Position numbers and translations under genes: made by a program. Under the pieces are notes generated by a model. The model was not told the origin of the DNA and searched no databases. It saw only the letters and a program-made list of their open reading frames with translations. From positions 444-64,443 of the forward strand of contig JBHHVU010000013.1 of NCBI GenBank assembly GCA_046754465.1: a stretch of DNA of 64,000 bases, written 5' to 3'. This document shows positions 36,103 to 45,973 of this stretch, in pieces. Source of the stretch: Nitrospinaceae bacterium (GTDB lineage Bacteria > Nitrospinota > Nitrospinia > Nitrospinales > VA-1). Position 1 is the first letter of the stretch. Each line of letters begins with the position of its first letter.

Positions 36103-38055
36103 ATGAGATTTCAAAAACACTTCCTGATCGCTTTTATTTTCCTATCCCTCTGGTTTTCCCCGTGGAATGCCTTTGCCGGGCTTTTTGATAATGATGAGGA
36201 AAACTGGAGAAGAATGTTTGGGGAAATTAAAAAAATCAACGCCAGGCTGGTTTCCCTGGAAATGGGAAAATTGAAGGCTATGCAGTCGGTGCAGGAAGAT
36301 GTCCTTCGCCAGATCGAGGAAATCAAAAGCATCATTCCCGACCTCCGGGGAACCGTCGAGCAGAACCAGTCCGAAATGGGGGCGTTCATCAAGCAGACCA
36401 ACAAAAAACTATCGGATATCGAAGCCCAACTGAAGTTTGAAATCATAGAAAATTTAAACAAACAAAATAAAGAAACCCGGAAATTTGAATTGGGACTCCT
36501 CGAGAACCTGAACAAGCAAAACGCCGCCACCGAAAAATTCGAAGCCAGCCTGGTGGATCAATTCAACCAGTTGAGGAATAATCTGGCGGGCGATATGGAA
36601 AAGTTTTCCCAAATCAATCAGAAGTATTTCCAGGGTTTTTCACAGGCCAACAGCGAATCGATCGGGAAGATGGCCCAACAACTGAACGCCCAGAATCAGA
36701 CCCTCGAAAAGGCCAATGAAATTTTTAGGACGGAATTGATTCCCGCCATCGTGAAACAAAATGAACAGAGCCGCAACAGCCTTCTTGCCGAGGTTTCCAA
36801 ATCCAACAAGAAAAATCATGATGCCCTGGTGGCGGGGTTTTCCGAGTCCAACGCCAAAAACAAAAAACTGGTCGAGATCCTTGAGAAAAGCCTTACGGAG
36901 GCCCAGGTAACGAGTGGGCAGGTTCAGGCCCTTGCCGGGAACATCGGACAAACCAACAATAACGTCGTTCAAACCCACGACAGTCTCATCAAACTGAAAG
37001 ACATTCTGGTCAAGCAGTTGGACACCCTTTCCAAGGGACAGGCCAATCTTGGCGCCGAGGTCGTCAACGGCTCCAAGAAAGTGGATTTGGTTCAAAACAA
37101 CCTGATCGTCGCGGATAATAAAATGAACAAGCTGGCCGAGAGTCTCAAGGGGATCCAGACGCAGAACGCCTCCGCCAATATCGCCTTGGCTTCCTTGCAA
37201 CAGGGTATGGACGAGGTTCGGGGAACCAACAGCCTGAATGGAGAAAAACTGAATAAATTGATAAGCTCCTCCGCCGAATTGATGAAACATGCCAACCAGG
37301 TGAGTCAGTCCCTGCAAAACATGGACAAGGCCCTGCAGACTATCGAGGGAGGACTGGCCAATGTGGATCTTGCCAATCAAAAACTTTCCAGGCTCATTCA
37401 GATATTGAAGACCATCGCCGCGGAACAGGGGAAAGTGACCCAGGTCCTGGCGGTCCAGGCCGAAATTAAGCAGTCCCAGGGCGCCATTCTTAAAATGCAG
37501 AACGAATTGAGGCAATCCCAGGGGCAGATGAAACAATCCCTGGCCGGAATCAGCCAGACCCAGGGCAAGGTCCTCGGTTCCCAGGGGGATATCAAACAAA
37601 CCCAGTTAGAGATGCGGCAGGCCCAGATCCAGATGGGTCAGGCCCAGGCGGAAATCAAACAAAACCTGGCCGAAGTAGGCGGAGCCCAGGTCGAGATGCG
37701 GCAGGCCCAGATTCAGATGGGTCAGGCCCAGGCCGATTTGAAACAGGCCCAGCTCCAGATGAAACGCGCCCAGGTGGACATGAAGCGGATCCAGGGAGAA
37801 ATGAATGGGTCCCAGAATCGGGTTTTGAAGACTCAAGAGGATATTAAAAACACTCAACGGGAAATCATCAAGGCCCAGACTGAAATTATCAAGAGCCAGA
37901 TGGAAACCCGGCGCGCCCAAAAGGAAACAAAAAAAGTTCTCGCCGATCTGTCGCGAAAGGCCAATGTCAATATCGCCCGCAACGACGCCATAAGAAAAAC
38001 CCTGGCCAATATGGGAAAGGGGCGGGCTCCTCAAAAACCCGCCCGCAAAAGATAA
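36103..38055 (+). CDS. exported long coiled-coil protein at the cpoB/ybgF position, 650 aa
   Basis: signal peptide ending AFA; N-terminal LRQIEEIK...DLRGTVEQ resembles the CpoB trimerisation helix; Gln-heptad repeats; no TPR visible. Confidence 0.75.
   Translation: MRFQKHFLIAFIFLSLWFSPWNAFAGLFDNDEENWRRMFGEIKKINARLVSLEMGKLKAMQSVQEDVLRQIEEIKSIIPDLRGTVEQNQSEMGAFIKQTNKKLSDIEAQLKFEIIENLNKQNKETRKFELGLLENLNKQNAATEKFEASLVDQFNQLRNNLAGDMEKFSQINQKYFQGFSQANSESIGKMAQQLNAQNQTLEKANEIFRTELIPAIVKQNEQSRNSLLAEVSKSNKKNHDALVAGFSESNAKNKKLVEILEKSLTEAQVTSGQVQALAGNIGQTNNNVVQTHDSLIKLKDILVKQLDTLSKGQANLGAEVVNGSKKVDLVQNNLIVADNKMNKLAESLKGIQTQNASANIALASLQQGMDEVRGTNSLNGEKLNKLISSSAELMKHANQVSQSLQNMDKALQTIEGGLANVDLANQKLSRLIQILKTIAAEQGKVTQVLAVQAEIKQSQGAILKMQNELRQSQGQMKQSLAGISQTQGKVLGSQGDIKQTQLEMRQAQIQMGQAQAEIKQNLAEVGGAQVEMRQAQIQMGQAQADLKQAQLQMKRAQVDMKRIQGEMNGSQNRVLKTQEDIKNTQREIIKAQTEIIKSQMETRRAQKETKKVLADLSRKANVNIARNDAIRKTLANMGKGRAPQKPARKR
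37609..37733 (+). repeat. intragenic 41-bp direct repeat, 84-bp period
   Basis: GAGATGCGGCAGGCCCAGAT(C/T)CAGATGGGTCAGGCCCAGGC at 37609-37649 and 37693-37733, encoding EMRQAQIQMGQAQA twice. Confidence 0.9.
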
Positions 38056-38179
38056 AAAGCGAATCGCCCGCGTCCTCCCTGGGGAACCCGAAGTTCTCGC
38101 CTTCTTCCCTCATTTCTTTTTTTGCGTTATTTCCGATTATTGCATAAGATTGAGTTCTAATATCCAGGGACACCCCGTC

Positions 38180-39553
38180 ATGGCGAAATCCATTACCGAA
38201 TACGTTTGCCAGCATTGCGGGCACCGCGCCCCCAAGTGGATGGGCAAATGCCCCGAATGCCAGAGGTGGAACACCCTTTCCGAGGAACGAACCCGGCCGA
38301 GTCCGCGTTCCCTCGGTTCCCCGGCCCGGCCGGGTGAAGGGGGAAACCCCGTTCAGGCCATTACCAAGGTGAAGAGCCTGAATGAAAACCGGGTGACCAC
38401 CGGAATCGGCGAGCTCGACCGCACGCTGGGAGGCGGATTGGTTCCCGGGTCCCTAGTGCTGATTGGAGGCGACCCTGGAATCGGAAAATCCACCCTCCTC
38501 TTGCAAAGCATGGGTCAAATCGCCCAAGCCGGGGGAAAAGTCCTTTATGTTTCCGGCGAGGAATCCCCTTCGCAAATCAAAATGCGGGCCGGCCGGCTGG
38601 GGGCCTTGTCCGACAACCTGTTCGTGACCTCGGAAATCTGTGTCGAGGAAGTTCTGCATTTGATCGACCGGGTCGAACCCGCGGTCCTGGTGCTGGATTC
38701 CATTCAAACGTTTTATACCTCTGAACTGCAATCGGCGCCTGGAAGCATCGGACAGGTCCGCGAGGTGGCGTTCAAAATTTTTCAAGAGGTCAAAAAACGT
38801 TCCCTGCCCTCCTTCCTGGTTGGCCATATCACCAAGGACGGAGCGATTGCCGGACCCAAATCCCTGGAGCATATCGTGGACACGGTGATTTACTTCGAGG
38901 GGGAAAGGGGACACGCCTATCGGATTTTACGGACGACCAAAAACCGTTTTGGGTCCACCCCCGAAATCGGCGTCTTCGAAATGGTGCCGGAGGGGTTAGT
39001 GACGGTGGAAAATCCGTCGGAAATTTTTCTCTCCGAGCGTCCGGCCGATTGTCCCGGCTCCGTCATCGTTTCAAGTTTGGAGGGTAGCCGCACGCTTCTC
39101 GTCGAGGTGCAGGCCCTCGTCAGCCCATCGTCTTCCATTGGCATGCCGAGGCGCATGGCAACGGGACTGGACCCCAACCGCATGACGCTTCTGATCGCCA
39201 TTATGGAAAAACGGTTGGGCCTTCAGTTTCAGGGAGAAGATATTTTCGTCAATATTGCCGGGGGAATCAAGGTCACCGAGCCCGCCATCGACCTGGGAGT
39301 TGCGGCGGCCATGGCGAGCAGCCTGAAAAATCAAAGAATCGATCTTCAGACGGTCATGATCGGCGAAGTGGGGTTGACGGGTGAAGTGCGCTCCGTCATG
39401 CACCTCGACTCCAGAATTCTTGAAGCGGAACGGCTCGGCTTTCGGCGGTGCCTCATTCCTCATTCCGCGAAAAAAGGGAAGTCCCTGCCGAAAACCTCGG
39501 TGGACCTTTTTTTTATAAAAGACCTTTCAGAAACGTTTGATCTGGTTTTCTAG
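38180..39553 (+). CDS. radA: DNA repair protein RadA/Sms
   Basis: CQHCG..W.GKCPEC, GGDPGIGKSTLL, YVSGEES, KNRFG. Confidence 0.97.
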   Translation: MAKSITEYVCQHCGHRAPKWMGKCPECQRWNTLSEERTRPSPRSLGSPARPGEGGNPVQAITKVKSLNENRVTTGIGELDRTLGGGLVPGSLVLIGGDPGIGKSTLLLQSMGQIAQAGGKVLYVSGEESPSQIKMRAGRLGALSDNLFVTSEICVEEVLHLIDRVEPAVLVLDSIQTFYTSELQSAPGSIGQVREVAFKIFQEVKKRSLPSFLVGHITKDGAIAGPKSLEHIVDTVIYFEGERGHAYRILRTTKNRFGSTPEIGVFEMVPEGLVTVENPSEIFLSERPADCPGSVIVSSLEGSRTLLVEVQALVSPSSSIGMPRRMATGLDPNRMTLLIAIMEKRLGLQFQGEDIFVNIAGGIKVTEPAIDLGVAAAMASSLKNQRIDLQTVMIGEVGLTGEVRSVMHLDSRILEAERLGFRRCLIPHSAKKGKSLPKTSVDLFFIKDLSETFDLVF

Positions 39554-39682
39554 GTCATCATCCGCGGTCGGCGGGCCGGACCGGGGGAATCCTCCGCGGG
39601 CCCGGGCGGTTTCCATCCCCTTTGCCGGGGAAAGACCCCGGGGGGTTGCCTGAAGACGCATTTCACAGTCTGTCAAAAAAAA

Positions 39683-40378
39683 ATGAAAGTTTCCGTCATT
39701 ATACCCGCTGCCGGACTGGGAACGCGCATGGGCGGCCCGGTTCCCAAACAGTTTCTTTCCTTGAAGGGAAAACCCATTCTCCATCACACGATCGAGGCTT
39801 TTGAAACATGCCGGGCGGTCGATTCCATCACCCTTGTGGTTGCGCGAAAGGACTTGCCGGAGGTGGAAAAGGAGACCGTGAAGAAATATCCCATCATCCA
39901 ACGGGCCGTCGCGGGGGGAGAAAAACGGCAGGACTCGGTTTACAACGGATTCCTGGCCCTGGACGCGGATACCGGCACGGTTCTCGTGCACGACGGGGTG
40001 CGTCCCTTTGTAACGTCCGATCTGATCCGGAAAACCGTGGAGGGGGCGCGTCGTTTTGGGGCGGCGATTACCGCTATCCCCATCAACGATACGATCAAAC
40101 AGGTGAATTCACGCGGCTTTGTCGATCGCACCGTGAACCGTGAAGGATTGTGGCGGGTGCAGACCCCGCAGGCTTTTCAATACAGCCTGCTCCGCGATGC
40201 GTTCGATAAGGCCATCCGGGATTCCTTTTACGGCACCGACGAGGGTTCCCTGATCGAGTATTTGGGGAAAGAAGTTAAAATCATCCCAGGCTCTGAATTG
40301 AACGTGAAGATCACCCGCCGGGAAGACCTGATCGTGGGTGAGAGCATTCTGGATTGCGGAGCCGGAAATACGCGGTAG
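39683..40378 (+). CDS. ispD: 2-C-methyl-D-erythritol 4-phosphate cytidylyltransferase
   Basis: PAAGLGTRM..PKQF, GGEKRQDSV, VHDGVRP, QTPQAF, NVKIT. Confidence 0.96.
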   Translation: MKVSVIIPAAGLGTRMGGPVPKQFLSLKGKPILHHTIEAFETCRAVDSITLVVARKDLPEVEKETVKKYPIIQRAVAGGEKRQDSVYNGFLALDADTGTVLVHDGVRPFVTSDLIRKTVEGARRFGAAITAIPINDTIKQVNSRGFVDRTVNREGLWRVQTPQAFQYSLLRDAFDKAIRDSFYGTDEGSLIEYLGKEVKIIPGSELNVKITRREDLIVGESILDCGAGNTR

Positions 40379-40546
40379 GGAGGGCCGTTCCCCGGTGTGA
40401 AGGAAGGGATGCGGAAGCGGCCGGCGCGGGAGTCGAATTTTTGCTTCTCTTTCCGGATCCCGGCATCTAAATTTAAAATCCCCGGAACGGAAACCCCGTC
40501 GCAATTTGCCGGGGCAATATTTTTCATTCACCAAAGGAGAATGCCG

Positions 40547-40984
40547 ATGCTGGCGCCAGGTACGCAGACCCCCAATTTTACGGTCAAGGATCATACCGGC
40601 CAAACGGTGAGCTTAAGTGATTTCAAGGGAAAGAAAGTGGTGCTCTGGTTTTATCCCAAGGCGGACACGCCCGGGTGCACGATGGAGGGACAGGGTTTCC
40701 GAAACGACTACAAAAATTTTGCAAGTAAAAACACCGTCATCCTGGGTGTCAGCCTGGATGGGGAAACGGACAACAAAGCGTTCGCGGAAAAATATTCCTT
40801 TCCTTTTCAGCTTCTTTGCGATGTGAACCGTGAAATTTCCCTCGCTTACCATGCCGTCAAAAGCGCGGAAGATTCCTATGCTTCCCGCATCACTTACGTG
40901 ATCGACGAAAACGGAAAAATTCTCGAGGCCATTGAAAGCGTCGATACCAAATCCCACGCCGGCGATCTCTGCTCCCGATTGTAG
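40547..40984 (+). CDS. bcp: peroxiredoxin (BCP/PrxQ family)
   Basis: FYPKADTPGCT; RBS AGGAG supports ATG 40547. Confidence 0.92.
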   Translation: MLAPGTQTPNFTVKDHTGQTVSLSDFKGKKVVLWFYPKADTPGCTMEGQGFRNDYKNFASKNTVILGVSLDGETDNKAFAEKYSFPFQLLCDVNREISLAYHAVKSAEDSYASRITYVIDENGKILEAIESVDTKSHAGDLCSRL

Positions 40985-41061
40985 ATCCGCCTCCTATTTC
41001 CCGCGCTGGGAAACCTCCGGCGGGTCCCCGACGTTCCGATTGGGGAGGGGCTCGCGCCAAC

Positions 41062-41090
41062 TTGACCTGAAGAAAACATGGCGCTATTAT
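41062..41090 (+). promoter_or_regulatory. sigma70-type promoter of the DHS-cupin pair
   Basis: TTGACC, 17 nt spacer, TATTAT. Confidence 0.55.
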
Positions 41091-41125
41091 GGCTCCTTTT
41101 AACCCTCACCCCATCGGAGAGCAAA

Positions 41126-42238
41126 ATGCCCTATAAGGATTTTCTGATGCCCCAGCCCCTGGATATAGAGAAAAAGCGGGCCAAAAAAAGTCTTCTTCAC
41201 ACCCGGGTTTCTCCCATCAATTATGAAAAAATCGCCGATGTGGCCGACCTCGTGGAAGCTTTTGAATCGACCTCCATCCAGGCGCGCAATGTGGGGCATT
41301 GCGCCAAGGTTTTCAAGAAAATGCTGACCGATGAGGAACGGCCCACCATCTTGCTGGGCTTGGCCGGTCCCTTGATTGCGGCGGGGCTCAGGAAAGTCAT
41401 CCGCGACATGGTCCATTACCGCATGGTGGATGTGATCGTATCTACCGGCGCCATTCTTTATCAGGATTTTTACGCGGCGATGGGGGGAGGCCATTATTAT
41501 GGCAGTCCCAATGCCGACGATAGGAAACTGCGGGAGTTGCTCGTCAACCGCATTTACGACACGTATGTGGATGAAGAACTGTTTGCCGAATACGATACCC
41601 TGATCGCCAATTTCGCCGGATCGCTGGAGCCGCGCAAGTATTCCAGCCGGGAGTTTCTGGAAAAACTTTCCGGAACCATCGATGACGAGGAATCCATCCT
41701 GGTGACGGCGCGAAAGAAGGGCATCCCCGTATTCTGTCCGGCCATGAACGATTCCAGCATCGGGATTGGGCTGACCGAGCACTACTATATCTCCAAAAAG
41801 GAGGGCCGCGCTCCCATCGTCATCGATTCGATCCAGGACAATTATGAATTGACCCAGATCGTCGCCCAATCGGATCGCACGGCGGCCTTTTACGTGGCGG
41901 GCGGCGTGCCGAAAAACTATATCAACGACTCCATCGTGATGGCCTACATCTTCGGCCGGGATACGGGGGGGCATAAATACGCCCTGCAGGTGACCACCGA
42001 TTCGCCCCATTGGGGAGGGCTGAGCGGCAGCACCCTCGCCGAGGCTCAGTCCTGGGGAAAAATCAACAAAGAAGCCAACTTCGCCATGGCCTTTGTGGAG
42101 CCCAGCGTTTCCCTTCCCCTCATCTTCGGTCATGCGTTTCAAAGAAAACTCTATCAAGGCCGGTCCGGACTGGCCCTTGAGTGGTCCGGGGATGTCTTGA
42201 AGGATTTGAGGGTTGTGAAAAACGAAAATCCCGCATAG
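41126..42238 (+). CDS. deoxyhypusine synthase family protein
   Basis: IVSTGA, NRIYD, CPAMNDSSIG, GGVPKN, GGLSGST..EAQSWGK; ATG 41126 with GGAG. Confidence 0.92.
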   Translation: MPYKDFLMPQPLDIEKKRAKKSLLHTRVSPINYEKIADVADLVEAFESTSIQARNVGHCAKVFKKMLTDEERPTILLGLAGPLIAAGLRKVIRDMVHYRMVDVIVSTGAILYQDFYAAMGGGHYYGSPNADDRKLRELLVNRIYDTYVDEELFAEYDTLIANFAGSLEPRKYSSREFLEKLSGTIDDEESILVTARKKGIPVFCPAMNDSSIGIGLTEHYYISKKEGRAPIVIDSIQDNYELTQIVAQSDRTAAFYVAGGVPKNYINDSIVMAYIFGRDTGGHKYALQVTTDSPHWGGLSGSTLAEAQSWGKINKEANFAMAFVEPSVSLPLIFGHAFQRKLYQGRSGLALEWSGDVLKDLRVVKNENPA

Positions 42239-42247
42239 GAATCCCCC

Positions 42248-42634
42248 ATGGACCCCTTGGATCAAGTGTTTTTCCTGGAACCCGGTCAGGCTCCTTCATT
42301 CGACCTCAAGGGGATTCGCATCGATCAGCTTCTGCCACGGGAAGCCTGCAGGCGGTTTTCCGCCTACCTGGTCAGGATGCAGCCCGGGCAGATCAAGAAA
42401 CCCAGTTTTCACAAGGAAGGCGAGGAGTTGTATTATGTCCTCTCCGGTTCGGGAACCGCCCGACTGGGGGGTAGGGAATATGTTCTCAAGAAGGGGTGTT
42501 TCTTCCGCGTGCCGCCCAATATCGTGCACCAGTTCGCTGCCGGGGAGGAACCGCTTCACCTGCTGAACTTCCACAGTCCGCCCGTGTTTTCCGACCACGA
42601 CAGTTATTTCCCGGAGCAAGACCGGGAAACCTAA
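42248..42634 (+). CDS. cupin domain protein
   Basis: HKEGEELYYVLSGSG and VPPNIVHQF cupin motifs. Confidence 0.88.
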   Translation: MDPLDQVFFLEPGQAPSFDLKGIRIDQLLPREACRRFSAYLVRMQPGQIKKPSFHKEGEELYYVLSGSGTARLGGREYVLKKGCFFRVPPNIVHQFAAGEEPLHLLNFHSPPVFSDHDSYFPEQDRET

Positions 42635-43773
42635 TCCCGGTTCACGTCAAGGTATATGCGGGCATCGTCTATTTCCGGAATCGATTTCAAACGGGCTTTC
42701 AAATCCTTCACGAGGGACTCGGCTTCACCGAGGGTCCTGGTTTCCTCCATCCGGATATAAAGGTCGATGGAGGTCCTTCCTTTCAGGTGATGGATCCGCA
42801 TCCCGGTTTTTTTCATTTTGCCGTTCGCGGCCTCCAGGACCGGATCGACCATTCGGTTGAGGTCCCCGCGGGTGGACAGGTATAAAGGTTCGATCTGGTC
42901 GTCCTCTTCCGCGTCGACGTGGACCAGAACATCCTGAAGACTGCCGAAGGCGTTGATGAGTTTTCGGCGCACACGCTCGGCGACGGCGTGTCCCTCGGTC
43001 ACGGTGAGATCCGTATCGACGAGGATATGAACGTCCATCAGAATTTTGCCGCCGATCTTCCGAGTGCGCAGGTTGTGGAATTTGATGACTTCCGGAATGC
43101 CGTCGATGATTGCCTGGATTTTTTCCGTTTGTTCTTCGTTCAGGCCGGTGTCCATCAAGTCGCGAATCCCGTCCGCGAAGATGCCGTATCCCACCTTAAA
43201 GATCATCAAGGCCACTATTCCTCCGGCCAGGGGGTCCGTGACCGGGTAACCCAAATGAGCGCCCAGGATGCCGGCCAACGCCGCCAGGGAGGATATGGCA
43301 TCGGAGCGGTGATGCCAGGCATTGGCAATCAGGGCCGGACTGGCCAACTGGTTCCCCACGATCCGGGTATAGCGGAAAATGGCCTCGTTGACCCCTATGG
43401 AAAACACCGCCGCCGCCGCCGCCAGCCAGGTGGGCACCCGTTGGGAACCGCTTTCGATCACCTTCCAGACGTCGTAACCGATCCACAAGCCCGCCAGGAT
43501 GATCACGGTGCCGACGATGGTTGCGCCGATGGTTTCCGCGCGGCCGTGTCCGTAGGGATGATCCGCGTCCGCCGGCATCAGGCCGATCTTGTGCGTGGCC
43601 AGGACCACCGCGTCCGTCAAGAGGTCGGATAGGGAATGGAGCGCGTCAGCAATCAACGCCGTACTGTGCCCCACCGCCCCGCCGATGAATTTGATGACGG
43701 AAAGGGCCAGGTTGGCACCCGCCCCGATCAGGGTGACCTTCACGCCGGGACTCAATGGCGGTAATTTCGGCAT
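42631..43773 (-). CDS. cation diffusion facilitator family transporter
   Basis: ALIADALHSLSD, HPYGHGRAE, NAWHHRSDA; C-terminal dimerisation domain plus an extension. Confidence 0.94.
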   Translation of the reverse strand: MPKLPPLSPGVKVTLIGAGANLALSVIKFIGGAVGHSTALIADALHSLSDLLTDAVVLATHKIGLMPADADHPYGHGRAETIGATIVGTVIILAGLWIGYDVWKVIESGSQRVPTWLAAAAAVFSIGVNEAIFRYTRIVGNQLASPALIANAWHHRSDAISSLAALAGILGAHLGYPVTDPLAGGIVALMIFKVGYGIFADGIRDLMDTGLNEEQTEKIQAIIDGIPEVIKFHNLRTRKIGGKILMDVHILVDTDLTVTEGHAVAERVRRKLINAFGSLQDVLVHVDAEEDDQIEPLYLSTRGDLNRMVDPVLEAANGKMKKTGMRIHHLKGRTSIDLYIRMEETRTLGEAESLVKDLKARLKSIPEIDDARIYLDVNRD

Positions 43774-43824
43774 AGCTGTTTGGGTACGACAGAGAAGGAA
43801 TTAATAAAAATCGGAATTCAAAGT

Positions 43825-44068
43825 CCCCCCGCCCCGCGGGGAGGGAGATAGGTCAATCCAGATTGCCTATCGATCTGGGTCCGCCATATAATGCATGTCC
43901 ATCTGCCTGCGGCCCCCCCACGGGGGGAGGGGATAGGTCCTGGCATCATCGCCAGGCCATCCTAGTCCGGCCTAACGCATGTCCATTTGCCTGCGGAGGC
44001 TCTCCGCCTCCTTCAGGGAAGGGGGCGGCCACCCTATCCCCCTTTTTAAAGGGGGTCAGGGGGATTTT
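43825..44068. repeat. mosaic repeat cluster: two module A copies plus an inverted module B
   Basis: A at 43825-43900 and 43913-43984, each followed by AT(C/T)TGCCTGCGG; B at 44010-44068 is the reverse complement of ~3870-3925. Confidence 0.8.
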
Positions 44069-44135
44069 CTTGCGGACTCTTTTACATCAAAACCCAGGCA
44101 TCGACTTAGTGTCATTTTCTTTTATTTTTAAACTC

Positions 44136-45260
44136 TTATGCCAAGGTCCCCTTTTGTCGAGGGTTCTTCCGGACATTGGCGCCGTTATGGATCAGGTGCC
44201 GCAAAATTTTAACATTGGCGGCGGGAAAAGGGTATCGTTCCATCTCTCCGGGTGAGACCCATTTCCAGGTTTCACAGCTCGAGGCGCGGATTCTTCCCGC
44301 GCTGGGGCGGCAAAGGAAAACGTGCAGCGTGACTCGAAATTGCGTGTAGCTATGTTTGATCGTCATGAGTTTTTCCCGGATGGAAATGTCCAATCCCAGT
44401 TCTTCCCGGATTTCCCGTTTCAGGCAATCTTCCGGACTTTCATCTTTTTCGATTTTCCCGCCGGGAAACTCCCACAATCCGCCCATCAGTCCGCCCGGCA
44501 GCCTTTTTTGGATGTAGGTTTTCCCATTGCGTTGGATGACGGCGGCGCTGACCTGGATTTTTTTCGTGGGGGAGGAGGTTTTTGCCGGTGGAAACCGGTC
44601 CTGCACCCCTTCGCGCCGGGCCCGGCAGGGAGAATGCAGCGGACAAAGAAGGCATAAAGGTTTTTTGGGAAGGCAGAGAGTGGCCCCAAGCTCCATGAGG
44701 GCCTGGTTGTGATCTCCCGGCCGGTCAGCCGGAGTCAACGATTCCGCCGTTTGCCAGAGCTTCTTTTCGGAGGCGGAGGTGGACCCGTTTTCTTTCAGGC
44801 AAAACAGCCGGGAAAGAACCCGTTTCACGTTGCCGTCCACCACGGGATATTTTTTGTTGAACGCGATGCTGAGGATCGCCCCGGCGGTGTAGCGTCCGAT
44901 TCCCGGCAGTTTCAGAATATCTTCCAGGCGGTCCGGCACCCGGCCGCCGAATTCCTCGACGATTTTCCGGGCCGCCCGGTGCAGGTTGCGGGCGCGTGAG
45001 TAGTAGCCCAGCCCTTCCCAGTGTTTTAAGACCCGCGACTCGCCCGCCTGGGAAAGTTTTTGCACTGTGGGAAAGGAGCGGATCCAGCGCCGGTAATAGG
45101 GGATGACGGTTTTCACCTGCGTTTGCTGCAACATGATTTCCGACACCAGAATGTGGTAAGGGTCCTTGGTGTTCCGCCAGGGCAGGTCGCGCTTATCGCG
45201 GCTGTACCAACCCAGGAGAAGGGATGGAATCGATCGGACGGTTTTTCGGTTCTCGGCCAT
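44136..45260 (-). CDS. mutY: A/G-specific adenine glycosylase with a C-terminal Nudix domain
   Basis: RDLPWR, SEIMLQQTQV, WEGLGYYSRARNL, LPGIGRYTA, VDGNVKRV, Fe-S motif CLPKKPLCLLCPLHSPC. Confidence 0.96.
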   Translation of the reverse strand: MAENRKTVRSIPSLLLGWYSRDKRDLPWRNTKDPYHILVSEIMLQQTQVKTVIPYYRRWIRSFPTVQKLSQAGESRVLKHWEGLGYYSRARNLHRAARKIVEEFGGRVPDRLEDILKLPGIGRYTAGAILSIAFNKKYPVVDGNVKRVLSRLFCLKENGSTSASEKKLWQTAESLTPADRPGDHNQALMELGATLCLPKKPLCLLCPLHSPCRARREGVQDRFPPAKTSSPTKKIQVSAAVIQRNGKTYIQKRLPGGLMGGLWEFPGGKIEKDESPEDCLKREIREELGLDISIREKLMTIKHSYTQFRVTLHVFLCRPSAGRIRASSCETWKWVSPGEMERYPFPAANVKILRHLIHNGANVRKNPRQKGTLA

Positions 45261-45331
45261 TGGGAAATTCTAGCAAAGGGTTCCGGTTTTTCCTGGGGGG
45301 AGGGCGTCCACGCGGACATCCATGGCGCCGG

Positions 45332-45973
45332 TCAAACGCCGATGGCGTCCTTGCTCCAGATCATCTTGTGAAGCTGGGTCTGAAGACGCACGGGGAGTTG
45401 ATCCTCAAGGATCCACCGTGCCAGGTCCTGAAGGCCGAGTTTGTCAAACACCGGCGAGAACAGAACGTGGGCTTTCCCGGGGATTCCATGACGGTTCAGG
45501 AGGTCCCGGCTCCATTCATAATCCTTGCGGTCCAGGATAACGAATTTTACTTCGTCCCGGAGAGTGAGGTATTGGAGATTTTCATAAAGGTTTCGGGATT
45601 CCTCCCCGCTGCCCGGACATTTCATATCCATGATCTTGATCACCGCCTGGGGAACGTTCTTGACGGAAAGCGACCCCGCCGTCTCCAGCATGACCATGTA
45701 CCCTTTTTGAAGCAGGGCGTCCATGAGCGGATAGACTTCCTTTTGCAGTAGGGGTTCTCCTCCGGTGATTTCCACCAAGGGGATTCTTCCAAAGGGTTCC
45801 ACGGCGCTGAGAATAGCGTCCACGGTCATCTCCCGTCCCTCATAAAACGCGTATTCGGTATCGCACCAGGTGCAACGGAGGTTGCAGCCGGTCAGCCGGA
45901 TAAAGACGCAGGGCAATCCGGCCTGGGAGGACTCCCCCTGGATGCTTTTGTAGATTTCATTGATCTTCAGCAT
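45332..45973 (-). CDS. queE: 7-carboxy-7-deazaguanine synthase (radical SAM)
   Basis: INEIYKSIQGE, FIRLTGCNLRCTWCDT, TGGEPLLQ, QTQLHK. Confidence 0.92.
   Translation of the reverse strand: MLKINEIYKSIQGESSQAGLPCVFIRLTGCNLRCTWCDTEYAFYEGREMTVDAILSAVEPFGRIPLVEITGGEPLLQKEVYPLMDALLQKGYMVMLETAGSLSVKNVPQAVIKIMDMKCPGSGEESRNLYENLQYLTLRDEVKFVILDRKDYEWSRDLLNRHGIPGKAHVLFSPVFDKLGLQDLARWILEDQLPVRLQTQLHKMIWSKDAIGV

Noticed and set aside
40660..40690. Selenocysteine in the BCP peroxiredoxin active site
   Set aside because: The codon is TGC (Cys) and the frame is uninterrupted
43913..43996. Module A as an integron attC site (GCCTAAC fits RYYYAAC)
   Set aside because: No complementary GTTRRRY at a suitable distance, no cassette array and no integrase
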